NCBI RefSeq assembly: GCF_006345805.1
Contig: NC_043016.1
Span: 32,612,001 to 32,676,000, forward strand
From: Octopus sinensis
Lineage: Eukaryota
Direction of reading: 5' to 3'
DNA length: 64,000 nt
Shown here: piece by piece, positions 35,084 through 48,503 of the stretch
Position numbering within the stretch: the stretch's first letter is position 1
Layout: every line of letters starts with the position of its first letter
Made by a program: the position numbers and the translations under genes
The notes under the pieces: generated by a model
The model's database searches: none
The model's input: the letters and a program-made list of their open reading frames with translations, nothing else
Told to the model about the DNA's origin: nothing

Positions 35084-38000
35084 GATACACATGCATCTCT
35101 ACAGGGCCGAGGCTTTCCGCCAACTCAATGACACCTCCTTCTACTCCCCTCTGTCCTCTAACCCCACACGTAGCTACCAACAGACGGTATCCTCTACTGT
35201 CCGCGACCTCATCTCGTCCTCCCGTCTCCCCCACACCACATCCAACCTAATTGTGCGAACCCCACGTACCCCCACCATTTACTTCCTCCCCAAAATCCAC
35301 AAACCCAACAACCCTGGCCACCCCATCGTCTCCGCCTGTAACTGCCCCACGGAGCTCATCTCTAAATACCTCGACCGTGTCCTTGCCCCCCTAGTGGCAT
35401 CTCTTCCCTCCCACATCCACGATACCAACCATGCTCTCTGGCTTTTCAACTCTTTCTCCTTTCCTCCCGGCTCCTCCAAAATCCTTTTTACTATGGACAT
35501 TCAGAGCCTCTATACCGTTATCCCTCACCACGAAGGACTGCAGGCACTTCAACACTTTCTTGACCTCCGCTCCAACCCTGAACCTGACACCTCCACACTC
35601 ATTCGTCTGGCCGAACTTGTCCTTACTCTTAACTGCTTCTCGTTCACGGGCGAGTTCTACCATCAGGTCTCGGAAGTGGCCATGGGAACGCGAATGGGCC
35701 CCAACTATGCGAACCTGTTCGTTGGCTATGTTGAGGCCCAAATATTCTCTAATTTCACTGGTCCCACTCCTGAACTATATGGTCGTTACATTGACGACAT
35801 TATCGGTGCCACCTCACTCTCCCGTGAACATCTAGATTCCTTCCTCTCTTTTGTTCAATCTTTCCATCCAGCCCTCCACTTCACTTCCACTATCTCCTAC
35901 ACCTCTGTCTCCTTCCTCGACATTTCGGTTAGCATTTTTCACTCCACTCTTACCACCTCCATTCACTACAAACACACAGACTCACACTCTTACCTCAACT
36001 TCTCTTCCTCCCACCCAGAACACACCAAGCTTTCCATCCCCTATTCCCAATTCCTCCGTCGACGTAGGCTCTGTAGTGACGACCATGACTTTGAGACTCA
36101 GTCTCAACGTATGGCTCACCACTTCATCCTACGTGGATACCCCCTCACCACTATCCACACCACCCTTGCCAGAGCACGTTCCGTGGACCGTGTATCTGCT
36201 CTCTCTCTCTCCCCGAACCCACCCTGTAGTCTACCGCCTCCCTTTTCCCCTCACTTACCACCCCACGACCCTACCTCTCCAACGCACCATTCTTCGAGCT
36301 TTCCGTCATCTCCAGTCCGACCCGTCCACTTCACACCTCTTCCCTAACCGACCCCTCCCCTCTTTCAAACGAGCCCATAACCTTCGAGACCTTTTGGTCC
36401 ATAGCTCCTTCCCTGACCCTACCTCCCAACCTGGCTCGTTCCCCTGCTCCCGCCCACGTTGCCGCACTTGCCCTTACCTCTCCAACACCACCCTCCTCAC
36501 TGGCACCCATCATCGACCCTTTCGCATCATCAACTCCTTCACCTGCACCTCCAGCAATATTATCTATTGCGTCTCTTGCTCTCTCTGCCATTCCCTGTAC
36601 ATTGGACAAACGGGACGCCGCTTGGCTGACCGGTTCGCGGAACACCTTCGTGACATCCACCTTGCGAACGACACACCGGTCTCACGCCATTTCCGCTCCA
36701 CCGGTCACTCCTTGCAACACCTGTCTGTGTTCGGTTTGTCCTTACACAGAGGCCATCCGGATTCCCGTTTGCGCCGTGAACAGGAATTAATCTTCTCTCT
36801 TCGCTCTTATATGCCATTTGGTCTCAACTCGCCCCCCTCCCCCTCCTCATCTAACCTCCCCCCCGACCCCTACTTCTCTTCAGTCCTTCATCCTTTCACC
36901 CCTACTTCTCTTCCCTTCTTCCCTCTTTCTCCCTCCCTCCTTCTTCCCTCTTCCCCTTCCCTCTGCTCCCTCACTCCCCTTCTCTCTCTCTCCCCCTCCC
37001 CCTCTCCCTCTATCCTCCCTCCTTCCTTCTCCCCCTCTTCTCCCCTTTCCTTCTTCCCCCTCCCCCTTACCCCCTTCTTCTCCTCTCTCTACACTATACC
37101 ATACGACTTTACACATCACATCATATATACATACACATGTCTAGACCTCTCATACGCACTAATACTCTCTCATACACACACACACACTCTTCTCACACAC
37201 ACACACACACACACACTCTTATGTTTGAGCGGGGGTCATTCAACCCTATTATCCCCCCTAATTTCGCTCTTGCGTCTCATGTTTGATCTTTGACTTCTGG
37301 CCGAAATCAGATCGCCATGTTGATTCGCTAGCTTTTGCACGCATATTTTTTCTCTCCTTCTTTCTGTGTTTTTTTCTCTGTGTATCTTTCTGTTGAAGAG
37401 CGTAGGCTCGAAACGTTAAAGACTTGTTTCATTTATATTTCCTGAGCGCCATACTAATACAATTGTTTGTCTGTATTCCACCTGCCTTCGTCTTTTGTTT
37501 ATTTCCGTAAACCTGCCTTCGTCTTTTGTCTATTTTCATAAAGCTTACCGTTATATATGTGTGTATGTATATATATATATATATATGTGTGTGTGTATGC
37601 GTGTATATATATATATATTTTATATAGCTTTCATAACGTATATAAGAATAGTGTAGTGTGTGTGGTGGTGGTGGTGTGTGTGTGTGTGTCAGTGTGCACT
37701 CATGCAAATGTGAGTGAATAGGATATGTAGTCATGGTTGACTTGGCCGACAGAAGTACTGTGGTAAAGAGTAGTCACCAGCAGCAGCAGCATATAGGTGG
37801 TGGTGGTGGTGGCGAAGGAGAGGGGCAGATCAAGCCAGAAGTCAGAACTGGGAACAATATGATCAAGAGGAGACAACTAACAGTACAAATGACGTAAACT
37901 AGGTTAGTGTCAAGGACAAACAGGTGGAATAAGTAAGACGCTCTTACTTCATCTGACAACAGATTTCCCACAGATAGATATACAGGTACACACACACACC

Positions 38001-38268
38001 ACACACGAATTTCCTTCAACTCTCTTCAAGTGCATAAAAGCCGAAATTGATGTGTAACAAACAGAGATTAGTTAGCGATGCAAAGAGGACCTCACACCCA
38101 TGCACATTTACGTGTGCATGTATGTGTATTATATATCACAATTCTGCTTAGCGCTATAGAAATGCCAAAAACCAACTGTGAGAACTCATTATACTTATGC
38201 TTAATGATTAATTATGTAACTCTCGTTCTTTTGTCATTATTGATATATAAACATATATATATATATAA

Positions 38269-38311
<43 letters not shown>

Positions 38312-38598
38312 GTAACGAAAGGGGAGGAGAAGAATTTCAATTATCCTCCACATGGTGAGTTGTGATACAAAATATATATATAAAATAGAAGAAGGAAAAT
38401 GCACACAGTTCACATAGTTTTAATATATTTTATAAGTGAAAGTGTATTGTGTTTGTCAACAGGTTTTGCTTTCGCTCGTCAGTATATTGTCAATGTATCA
38501 TATACCCAAAAAGCAGCACACTCTAAAACATAAAGTAGTAATGTATTTATGTAGTTAAGTCTATGTCTGGTCACTATATGACTGGACATAGATTTAAC

Positions 38599-38655
<57 letters not shown>

Positions 38656-38963
38656 TGTTGTATTTAGGAATGGTAATTTTGCCAGTTTAGCCAATAAAAA
38701 CACACGCACTATATATTTGGTGTTACTTTGCTTCAGTGTTATTTATTTTTTACATTAATCTTAATCTTAATCTTATGGCCGAAATAAGATTAAGATTAAT
38801 GTAAAAAATAAATAAGACTAAAGCAAAGTAACACCAAATATATAGTGCGTGTGTTTTTATTGGCTAAACTGGCAAAATGACCATTCCTAAATACAACAAT
38901 ATCTGTTTCAACACACGACTTCACATAAAAAATCTTGCACAACAAATATTTAAACGTATATAT

Positions 38964-39053
<90 letters not shown>

Positions 39054-40823
39054 GTTTAGCGTCCGTTTTCCATGCTAGCATGGGTTGGACGGTTATATAA
39101 TCATCTTATAATCATCTCATAATAATGACTTTTATTACTACCTCAGTCCATCTAAATGTATATATCTGTCATTACCTTTCATAAAAAGCCTTTTTTATTT
39201 GCAATGTGTATTTTCGTTGATTTTTTCATATTTTAATAGAATTTAATAGAATAACTGTTATTATCAGGCTGGTGATTAGAACATAAATTAACATGAAATT
39301 TTGATGCTAGATTTTAATTTAGATCACTTTAATTACCTTATTGTTACCAAATTTCTTATTTCTTTAGTGCCCACAAGGGGCTACACACAGAGGGGACAAA
39401 CAAGGACAGACAAACGGATTAAGTCGATTATGTCAATCCCAGTGCGTAACTGGTACTTATTGAATTGACCCCAAAAGATGAAGGGCAAAGTCGTCCTTAG
39501 CGGAATTTGAACTCAAAACGTAGTAGCAGACGAAATACTGCTAAGCATTTCACCCAGCGTGCTAACGTTTCTGCCAGCTCAACGCCTTGTATTTGTTACC
39601 AAATTTCTATTGAAATACGCTATCTTTGTCTCAATTAATTTCGAAAATGGTGAAGAATTTTATAAAATAACTTTGTCAGTCATTATTGAGCTGGTGTTAG
39701 TTTGGAATATAAAATTAACATGAAATTTTGATAGAAGGATTTGATTTAGATCACTTTAACCTTTTTGTTACCATATTTCAGTTGACATAACCTGCCTCTC
39801 TCTCTCTCTCACAACTGAATTTGAAAATAATGTAGAGTACAGTAAGATAAACTTTTTTATTATTAGGCTGGTGTTTAGAACATAAATCATCATGAAATTT
39901 TAATTTAGATCACTTAAAACAAATTCTGTATTGTAAAACCAGGGCACTCTCTGGCAAGCTAGAACCAAAAGGGTTTTAACACCTAAACATAAACACAAAT
40001 ATATATATTTCTTTACTACCCACAAGGGGTTAAACACAGAGGGGACAAACAAGGACAGACAAACGGATTAAGTCGATTACATCGACCCCAGTGCGTAACT
40101 GGTACTTAATTTATCAACCCCGAAAGGATGAAAGGCAAAGTTGACCTCAGCAGAACTTGAACTAGGAACGTAACGACAGACGAAATATGGCAATGCATTT
40201 CGCCCGGTGTGCTAATGTTTCTGCCAGCTCACCGCCTTATAAACACAAATATATAGACAGACATACTCAGGTATACATTGATTAAGTGATATGAATCATT
40301 AACCAATACAGAACCTATGCAAGATGAAATAACAGCTGGTAGAATGAAACGCTTACTTATTCTGCAGTCTGGTCCAGCAAAGCCTTTGCTACAGTCACAC
40401 AAGTACCAATTTACACCATCAATACACTGAGCACCATTGTAACTGAAATGGAAAAACAACAACAACAATAATAATAATAATAATCCTTTCTACTAAAGGC
40501 ACAAGGCCTGAAATTTGCAGGGAGGGGACTAGTTGATTACACTGATCCCAGTACTTAATTTATCAAGGATGAAAGGCAAAAGGTGACCTTGGCAGAATTT
40601 GACCGCAGAATATAAAATGGATGAAATGCCGTTAAGCATTTTACCAGGCATGCCAATGATTCTGCCAGTTCACCACCTTAGCAGTGGTAATAATTTGGTA
40701 GAAAGCCAGTAATTTTAGTTTAGAAGATAAGTCAATTATATCAACCCCAGTGATCAACTGGTACTTATTTCAATGATCCTGAAAGGATGAAAGGCAAAGT
40801 CAACCTCAGTGGAATTTGAATAA

Positions 40824-40858
<35 letters not shown>

Positions 40859-41477
40859 TTAATAATAATAATAATAATGATTCAGTACCAGACAGTGGCT
40901 CTCATGGCATGCCCTGATGCAGTACCAAGCAGTGGTTCTCGTGGCTTCTGATCTTAACTGATTGGAAGTGTTATCATGTACATTGTTTTGTCTTGGTATA
41001 AAAGATGAGCTACAGCAAATATTCTGCTCAATACCACAGATTTGCTTGTCAGTTGTTTGACCTTAACCAGTTAAGAATGTCCCTTAGTGGCTGACGATAT
41101 GTGCATCTCTGATCACAAGCAGAAGTAGTGGAGGAGCATCATAGCCATGTGATGAGAGGAATTTTTTGGGGTTTGAATAATTCACCTCTGGAAACATGGG
41201 TGTTTCGTTCAACATCCTTAAACAACTCTTATTCAGGGACCTTTTGAGCGGGATGGGTTACTCGACCAGAAGAAAATTCTAACTGGGCCCCACTTGCAAG
41301 GTCATGCACTGTTTATCTTGATATGAGATCACCCTGTCGCGCACATATTGTTGCGATGCATGTGCCTAGTGTACCCTTATCGGATGGGTAGTCATGATGG
41401 GTATTCTGGGCTTTGTATATTTTACCCCAGTGTCACTTAGATGGCATGCACTGCTCTCTCACTCAATAATAATAATA

Positions 41478-41524
<47 letters not shown>

Positions 41525-42567
41525 TGGCATAGTTACCAAGGAAACGGGTAGCAATCATTAATGTTCTGCTCACAGACATTGCCTTCAAATCCCTCCTTAC
41601 AAAAACAAGTGAAGCTGTCGCCAGAATTGACACAGGTTCCTCCATTCTGACAAGGGTTTGAATCACAGCTGTGCCAAGAAGCTTTGAAAGAAAATTTTAA
41701 ATAATTTTTTAACAAAAACAAAAAATTAAAATTCAATATTGTTTAACATTTTGTGTCTATATTTTTAACAAATATGCTTGGGCCATTTATTTCAAAAGAT
41801 TTTCTTAAATAGTCAAGAATTTGGAAGGAATTTAGTAACTTAAGAAAGAGTTTCCAAAAAGTTTTCCTTATTGTTGTAGTAACTAGTATCTCATTAGTAT
41901 TAATTGCAACCCTACATTGTTGTTGTTTGTCCCTTCTTGAGCCATACCTGGCTCATAAGGGCCGGTTTCCCAGTTTCATTGGTATATAGGTTCCCCACCT
42001 GGATGGGACACCGATTTATCACAGGTGAGCTGCTAGATGCAGGAGGAAAAAATGAGAGAAAGTTGTAGCGGAAGAGTCAGCAGAAGTTTGCCGTTACTTT
42101 CTGCCAGAGCCACATGGAACTTAAGTGTTTCGCTCATAAACACACACATCACCTAGTCTGAGATTCGAACCCATGATCCCTCGACCATGAGTCCACTGCT
42201 CTAACCACTAGGCCATGTGCCTCCACACACCCTATATGGGAGTAATTAACTCTTCTGTTACCATATTTCTGTTGAAATACACTGTCTTTGTTTCAATCAA
42301 TGATGAACACACTGTATATTCACAACAGTGAAGGGTTTTGTAACAGGAAGGGCTTCTGGCTGTGATGCCCCAACAAATGCTAGTATGGTAAAATGGATAC
42401 AAAAAAAACCAGAATAAATTTTTATATCAATTAATACCTAATCTGTAAATAATGCACAAGATTAATATTTTGTATTTTAACATTAATCTTTCCTTATGTA
42501 ATTTATCATTTTCAACATCATAGTGACTAGAAACAAGGAAAATATTACAAATTAGTTAAAAATACAT

Positions 42568-42644
<77 letters not shown>

Positions 42645-43270
42645 TAGATAGATAGATAGATTCTTATCAATATTTAGCAAAAGCAACAGAATGACTCAAG
42701 ATCCGAGTGTTTCATGCATTAGCATTTATCAAATGCACGAAACTCACAAACCTTGAATTACTCTCTTGCTTCTGCTAAAAATATTAATATATTCATATTT
42801 TGAGTTCTATTTTTCCTGTTTTCATCACCATATCTCTCTCATATATGTTAATAATAACAATAATCCTTGGGTGGAATTTGTAAACATTTAATGCATCGCT
42901 ACATATGCTTCCACAAATTCCACCTGAAGAAATGAACCAATGGCAATGATCAACTGGATGTTCACGGATACTACAGACTACACTGTAATTATCGCAGGAT
43001 TACAGACTACGATCTTAAGAGACATGTAATTTGTGAAAACACATGTAGCGATATAAATAAATGTTTATAAATTTCGTCCAAGGATTATTTTTGATATTAT
43101 AATTTACATGTATCCCACATTATAACTTGATACAACTTGATGCAACCTTGAAAAACTAGTTCACCAGTCAGCATCATTTGACTGTGGCTGGCATAATGGA
43201 ATGGGAGCTTTATATGCATGTGCAAAATGTTTCCCATAAACAAATTTAAAAAATGTATGTATGTGTATAT

Positions 43271-43347
<77 letters not shown>

Positions 43348-46300
43348 TATATATATATAAGAAGGTTTGGAGGTGATATAAAGGCATTATATATTAGAAG
43401 AAATAAGGTACTCAGAAATCTGGATGGTTTTACATTTACATGTAAAACCATCCACATTTCTGAGTACCTTATTTCTTCTAATATATATATATATATATAT
43501 ACATACACACACAAAAAAAAATGTGTATGTATATATACTTCTGCATATGTGTGTGTAAGTATTTCTTCTTGAGTGAAATGTTCTGACTTTTTTTTTTTTA
43601 CAGTAATGCAACGAATTAGTAAAAAAACTGCAGTCATGTCAATTTGCTTAATTACCTATTTGACAGGTATCGCCATAGAATCCATCTGGACAGAGACATT
43701 GAAATGATGCGCCACGATCCTGACAAGTTCCTCCGTTGGAACATGTAAAACAATCACAGACTCACTTCTGTAAAATAACAAAGAAAGAACAAAAATATTC
43801 AATAGTAGTAGTAGCAGCAGCAGCAGTAGTAGTAGTAGTAGTAGTAATAACAACAATAACAGTTGGAGAAGGGGACTAGTCGATTACATGGACGCCAGTG
43901 TTTCACTGACCCTTATTTCATCTACCCTGAAAGAATGAATGGCAAAGTTGACCTCGGCAGAATTTGAACTTAGAACACAAAAATGGATGAAATGCTGCCA
44001 AGCATTTTGTCTGACACGCTAATAATAATAATAATAATAATTAATAACAATCATAAACTTCAAATGCAAAAGAGTATAATTTCACCATATAAGACATGTA
44101 CCGTTTTCATTTTATTTCCTTTTGCAGTGAAGTATATCTCAAAGACCATCACAGTAATCTCTTTGCACAAGCACCATTAATGAGATTTCTGTGAAAATCT
44201 CTTAAATCTTTTATTTCTAAAAAGTTCTATGCATCAAAGACAAATAGATTCTTCTCACAGGCTTCAGAAATATTTAATCCTTCATTTTTCAGTGTGTGTG
44301 TATCTGCGTGTATAAATATATATATACATATACATACACACATACATACAAACAAAAAGCATAAAGACACACACGACAGGCTTTTTTCAGTTTCCATCTA
44401 CCAAATCCACTCACAAGGCTTTAGTCAGCCCAAAGGTATTGTAGAAGATTCTTCTCCAAGGTGCCACACAGTGGGACTGAAACTGGAACCAAGTGGTTGG
44501 GAAGCAAGCTTCTTACTGCATGGCCATGTCTGTACCTAAAGCCACTATTTTTAGAATGATAATGCAAGAATGGTATGAGATGTCAGATTTGGCTGGTTTG
44601 AATTTAAAACGAGTAGAATATTTGGGTTGGATATGACTCATTTAAATGCTACTAACTCATGTAGAGATTGCAACATTGAACAGTAATATCTATTAATTAA
44701 TCATTAAACTAATTAAACCATGTTAAATTAGTTCTTGCTTCCCAACCACATGGTTCTGGGATCAGTCCTATGTGGCACCTTGGGAAAGTGTTTTCTACTA
44801 TAGCCTCGGGCTGACCAAAGCCTTGTAAGTGGATTTGGTAGATGGAAACTGAAAGAAGCCCATCACATATGTGTGTGTGTGTGTATGTGTGTATGTATGT
44901 ATGTATGTATGTATGTATGTATGTATGTATGTATATATCTGTCTGTATCTTTGTGGTTGCATTTGTCCCCCACCACTGCTTGATAACCCCAGCGTTGGCA
45001 TACTTACCTGCCCCGTAATTTCGCAGTTCAGCAAAACAGAGACTAGTAGAATAAGTACAAGGCTTAAAAAAAAGTCCTGGGGTCAATTTCTATTACTAAA
45101 ACCCTTTAAGGCGGTGCTCCAGCATGGTTGCAGTCAAATGACTGAAATGAGTAAAAGAAACAAAAAAATAATAGAATAATCTCTTACTTGAATTGCATGT
45201 TTTCCCTTTCCATCCTTTGGGACACACAGCAGAAACCGTTTATTCTGTCAGTGCAGATGCCATGATTTTGGCAAGGATTTGGACTACAATCATTGGTGTC
45301 TGGAAATATTTCAAGACAAAAACATATATATAAATATATTATAATAAATATCTCAAGACAAAAATATATAAATAATACATATATATATATATATAATATA
45401 TATATATATATATCTTTAAAATTTTGGAATAATGTTACTTGATAAGGTGCATATAACTCAGAGGTCTACAAGTATCTACAGTTTGAGCAACTATTTCTCT
45501 GATTTGTGGGGTCGAACAAGAAAGAGATGGTTGGATAATGTCCATAATCTCAATCAGTCACATTTGGGAATCCAGCTGGAGAGTCTAATGATGGTTGCTT
45601 CTCATAGGACCCTATGAAGAAAGAGGTACTTGAGGACTCTACTTCCATGACCCATCCAGTAATAGTGGGTGAAGAAAACAGATGGCTGGACAGATGATTT
45701 AATTGGAAATTTTTCTTATCCTTCCTTTTTCTCAGATGGTAATGTGTTATCTGAGGAAATTTGGATGCTACTTTTGTAGCATGTAGTGACTCCCTTATCG
45801 GCTTGAAAGAGAAATATGATTCTTACACCACAGAAAAGCTTCTTTCAAACTGGAAGGGGTTTGCATGGTTAAGCGTAACCTCTAAACTGCAGAACAACAC
45901 TTTAGATGTTACACGGCAGCCATTATTACAAATGTTTTAATTTGTTTTATCCAAATTATTAAAATTTAGATTTACATAATGAATTTATATTCTTAATTTT
46001 TATGATTAGTCTATAAAATTGTATTATTTTTATAATTATTGAGTTATCAGATAAATTTGCTTTCTTTCTTTCTATTTGGTACTTCAGTTTGAAAAGAAGT
46101 AAAACTTTATCCAAAAGTTGTAGAAGAATAGAGCTCCACAAAAACAAAAAACAATAAAAATATTTTTCGTGTTAATTCAAATAACATTGGAAAGAAAGGA
46201 TTAAGATAAATGGGACAAAAAAAAAAAGTAACTAATTTATCTGATAATCCAATCTTTTTTATTCTAAAAAATAATTCTTTCTATTAAAGGCACAAGGCCT

Positions 46301-48472
46301 GAAATTTTGTTCAACTCCAGTGTTTAAGTGGTTCTTATTTTATCAACCCCAAAATGATGGATGTAAGGTAAAATTGACCTCGGCAGAATTTGAACTCAGA
46401 ATGTAAAGATGGATGAAATTCCACTGAGCATTTTGCCCAGCATGCTAATGATTCTGCCAGCCAAAAATAATATAAAAATAATAAATAATAAATCATAAAA
46501 AAAAAAGTGTTACTCACTGCGGCTACAGCTACTACCTTCCCATCCCGGTGCACAAACACACCGGTAAGATTGTACTCCATCAATGCAAGTCCCATGGTTA
46601 CGACATGGATTTTGCAAGCAGTCATTTATGTCTGAAATTAGAAAATAGAAACGGAAATAGAGAAATGTTTGGAATTTTGAATGGTTGGGTAGGTGGGCCT
46701 TCCTTTTGTAGATAACAGATGTGGGTTCTGAAATTTTTTGCTGAATACAATCTGCACAGGTGATTTTCTAATAGTGCTCCAATATTTGTGCTGCACATTA
46801 AGTTCACACTTTCCCTCCATCCCCCTCAATCAAATTGGTGTTGTTTGTACAGGTGCTTGGTGTGGTGTGCCACATGTCAGATGTCAAAGTAATTGCAAAA
46901 CAAAACGAAAAAAATACCCCCTCCTCAAGAACACAGAGGCGCTGCCCAGTCTGGGAATCAAAACCACACACACACAAAAGCATGCATGCATACACACAAA
47001 CACAAGTTTCTCCTGAAAGCCTATTTAAGTCTCGTCAAGCCATTAGGTAAGACTCAGGTAAAAAGTGTTTTGCAAGAAATCTAACTCCACTTTTCAGAAC
47101 AGGGCTTCCTTATCAATGAATATTCAATTTTTATTGTTATATTTCGGAATGCAAATTTTGCCAGTTTAGCCAATAAAAACACACACACTATATATTTGGT
47201 GTTACTTTGCTTCAGTGTTATTTATTTTTTACATTAATCTTAATCTTATTTTGGCCAGAGTTCTTTCGTCACACTCCTGTGATGCGGTCACAGGAGTGTG
47301 ACGAAAGAACTCTGACCGAAATAAGATTAAGATTAAAGTAAAAAATAAATATCACTGAAGCAAAATAACACCAAATATATAGTGCGTGTGTTTTTATTGG
47401 CTAAACTAGCAAAATGACCATTCCGAAATATAACAATATCTGTTTCAACACACGATTTCACATAAAAAATCTTGCACAACAAATATATAAACGTATTATT
47501 CAATTTTTAGTTAAAAGACAAAAAAAAAAAAAACTACTTTAAAATGAGAGAGAAAGAGAGAGGGGAGAGAAAGATATATATATATATATATGTATATGTA
47601 TACACACAAACAAGGACAGACAAAGGGATTAAGTCAATTACATCGACTCCAGTGTGTAACTGGTACTTATTTAATCGACCCCACCACCACCACTACCCAT
47701 GAAAGGCAAAGTCAACCTCGGCGGAATTTGAACTCAGCTTGCCGCCTTCACAAACACAACTTGCACACATGTCAGGTTTCTTTCAGTTTCCACGTACCAA
47801 ATCCATTGAGAAGGCTTTGGTTGGCTCAGGATTATTATAGAAGGTACTTGCCCAAGGTACCATGTAGTGGGACTGAACCATAGGCTGCATTGTTGAGCTT
47901 TACACATGTTATACACACTGAACAAGGCCCATAACTCTGTTAGCTCCGACTGCTTGAAAGACAAAGATTTATCTTGCTACTTCACCACTAAATGGCTTAA
48001 TCATAGCAAAAACATTCAGTTGTGGAAAACAACTGTTTGGACAAATAAACTATTACATATAAATCTATGCAACAAACAATGTGAAGACATAAACCAGCAA
48101 ATAAAGAAAAAAAGAAAAAAAAAAGAAATATTTAAAAAATTCTGATGTCTTACTTTCATGACAATATGTTCCCTGGTAGCCTGACTGGCATTCACATACA
48201 AAACGACTTCCAGCCTGGCTTCGACAAATTCCATGTTTACCACAGATGTTGGATGATATTGAACGCACCTCCCCACTAGTTCGGTTGGACGGAACAGTTA
48301 TGGTACATTGGTCAATAACTGTTGATAAACAGGTGAACAAGAAATAATAATTTTTGAAATGACCGGTTTTTAAAGTTTTATTTGAACCATCAATCAGCAC
48401 CACCATGTTTCTTACTGCCACCACCAACACCACAAAGTTACTAAGTATTTTTATAAAATTTTCTGAACCTAA

Positions 48473-48503
<31 letters not shown>

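Noticed and set aside
38440-38490. Minus-strand CUGACGA-GC-GAAA minimal hammerhead
   Set aside because: The best stem III gives G at the cleavage position and there is no stem I pairing.
43750-43770. Alternative acceptors that might rescue the 112 bp exon
   Set aside because: The NAGNAG site gives an in-frame TGA. A GAG acceptor at 43762-43761 restores phase but is weak, removes the inter-EGF linker and does not fix the upstream exon.
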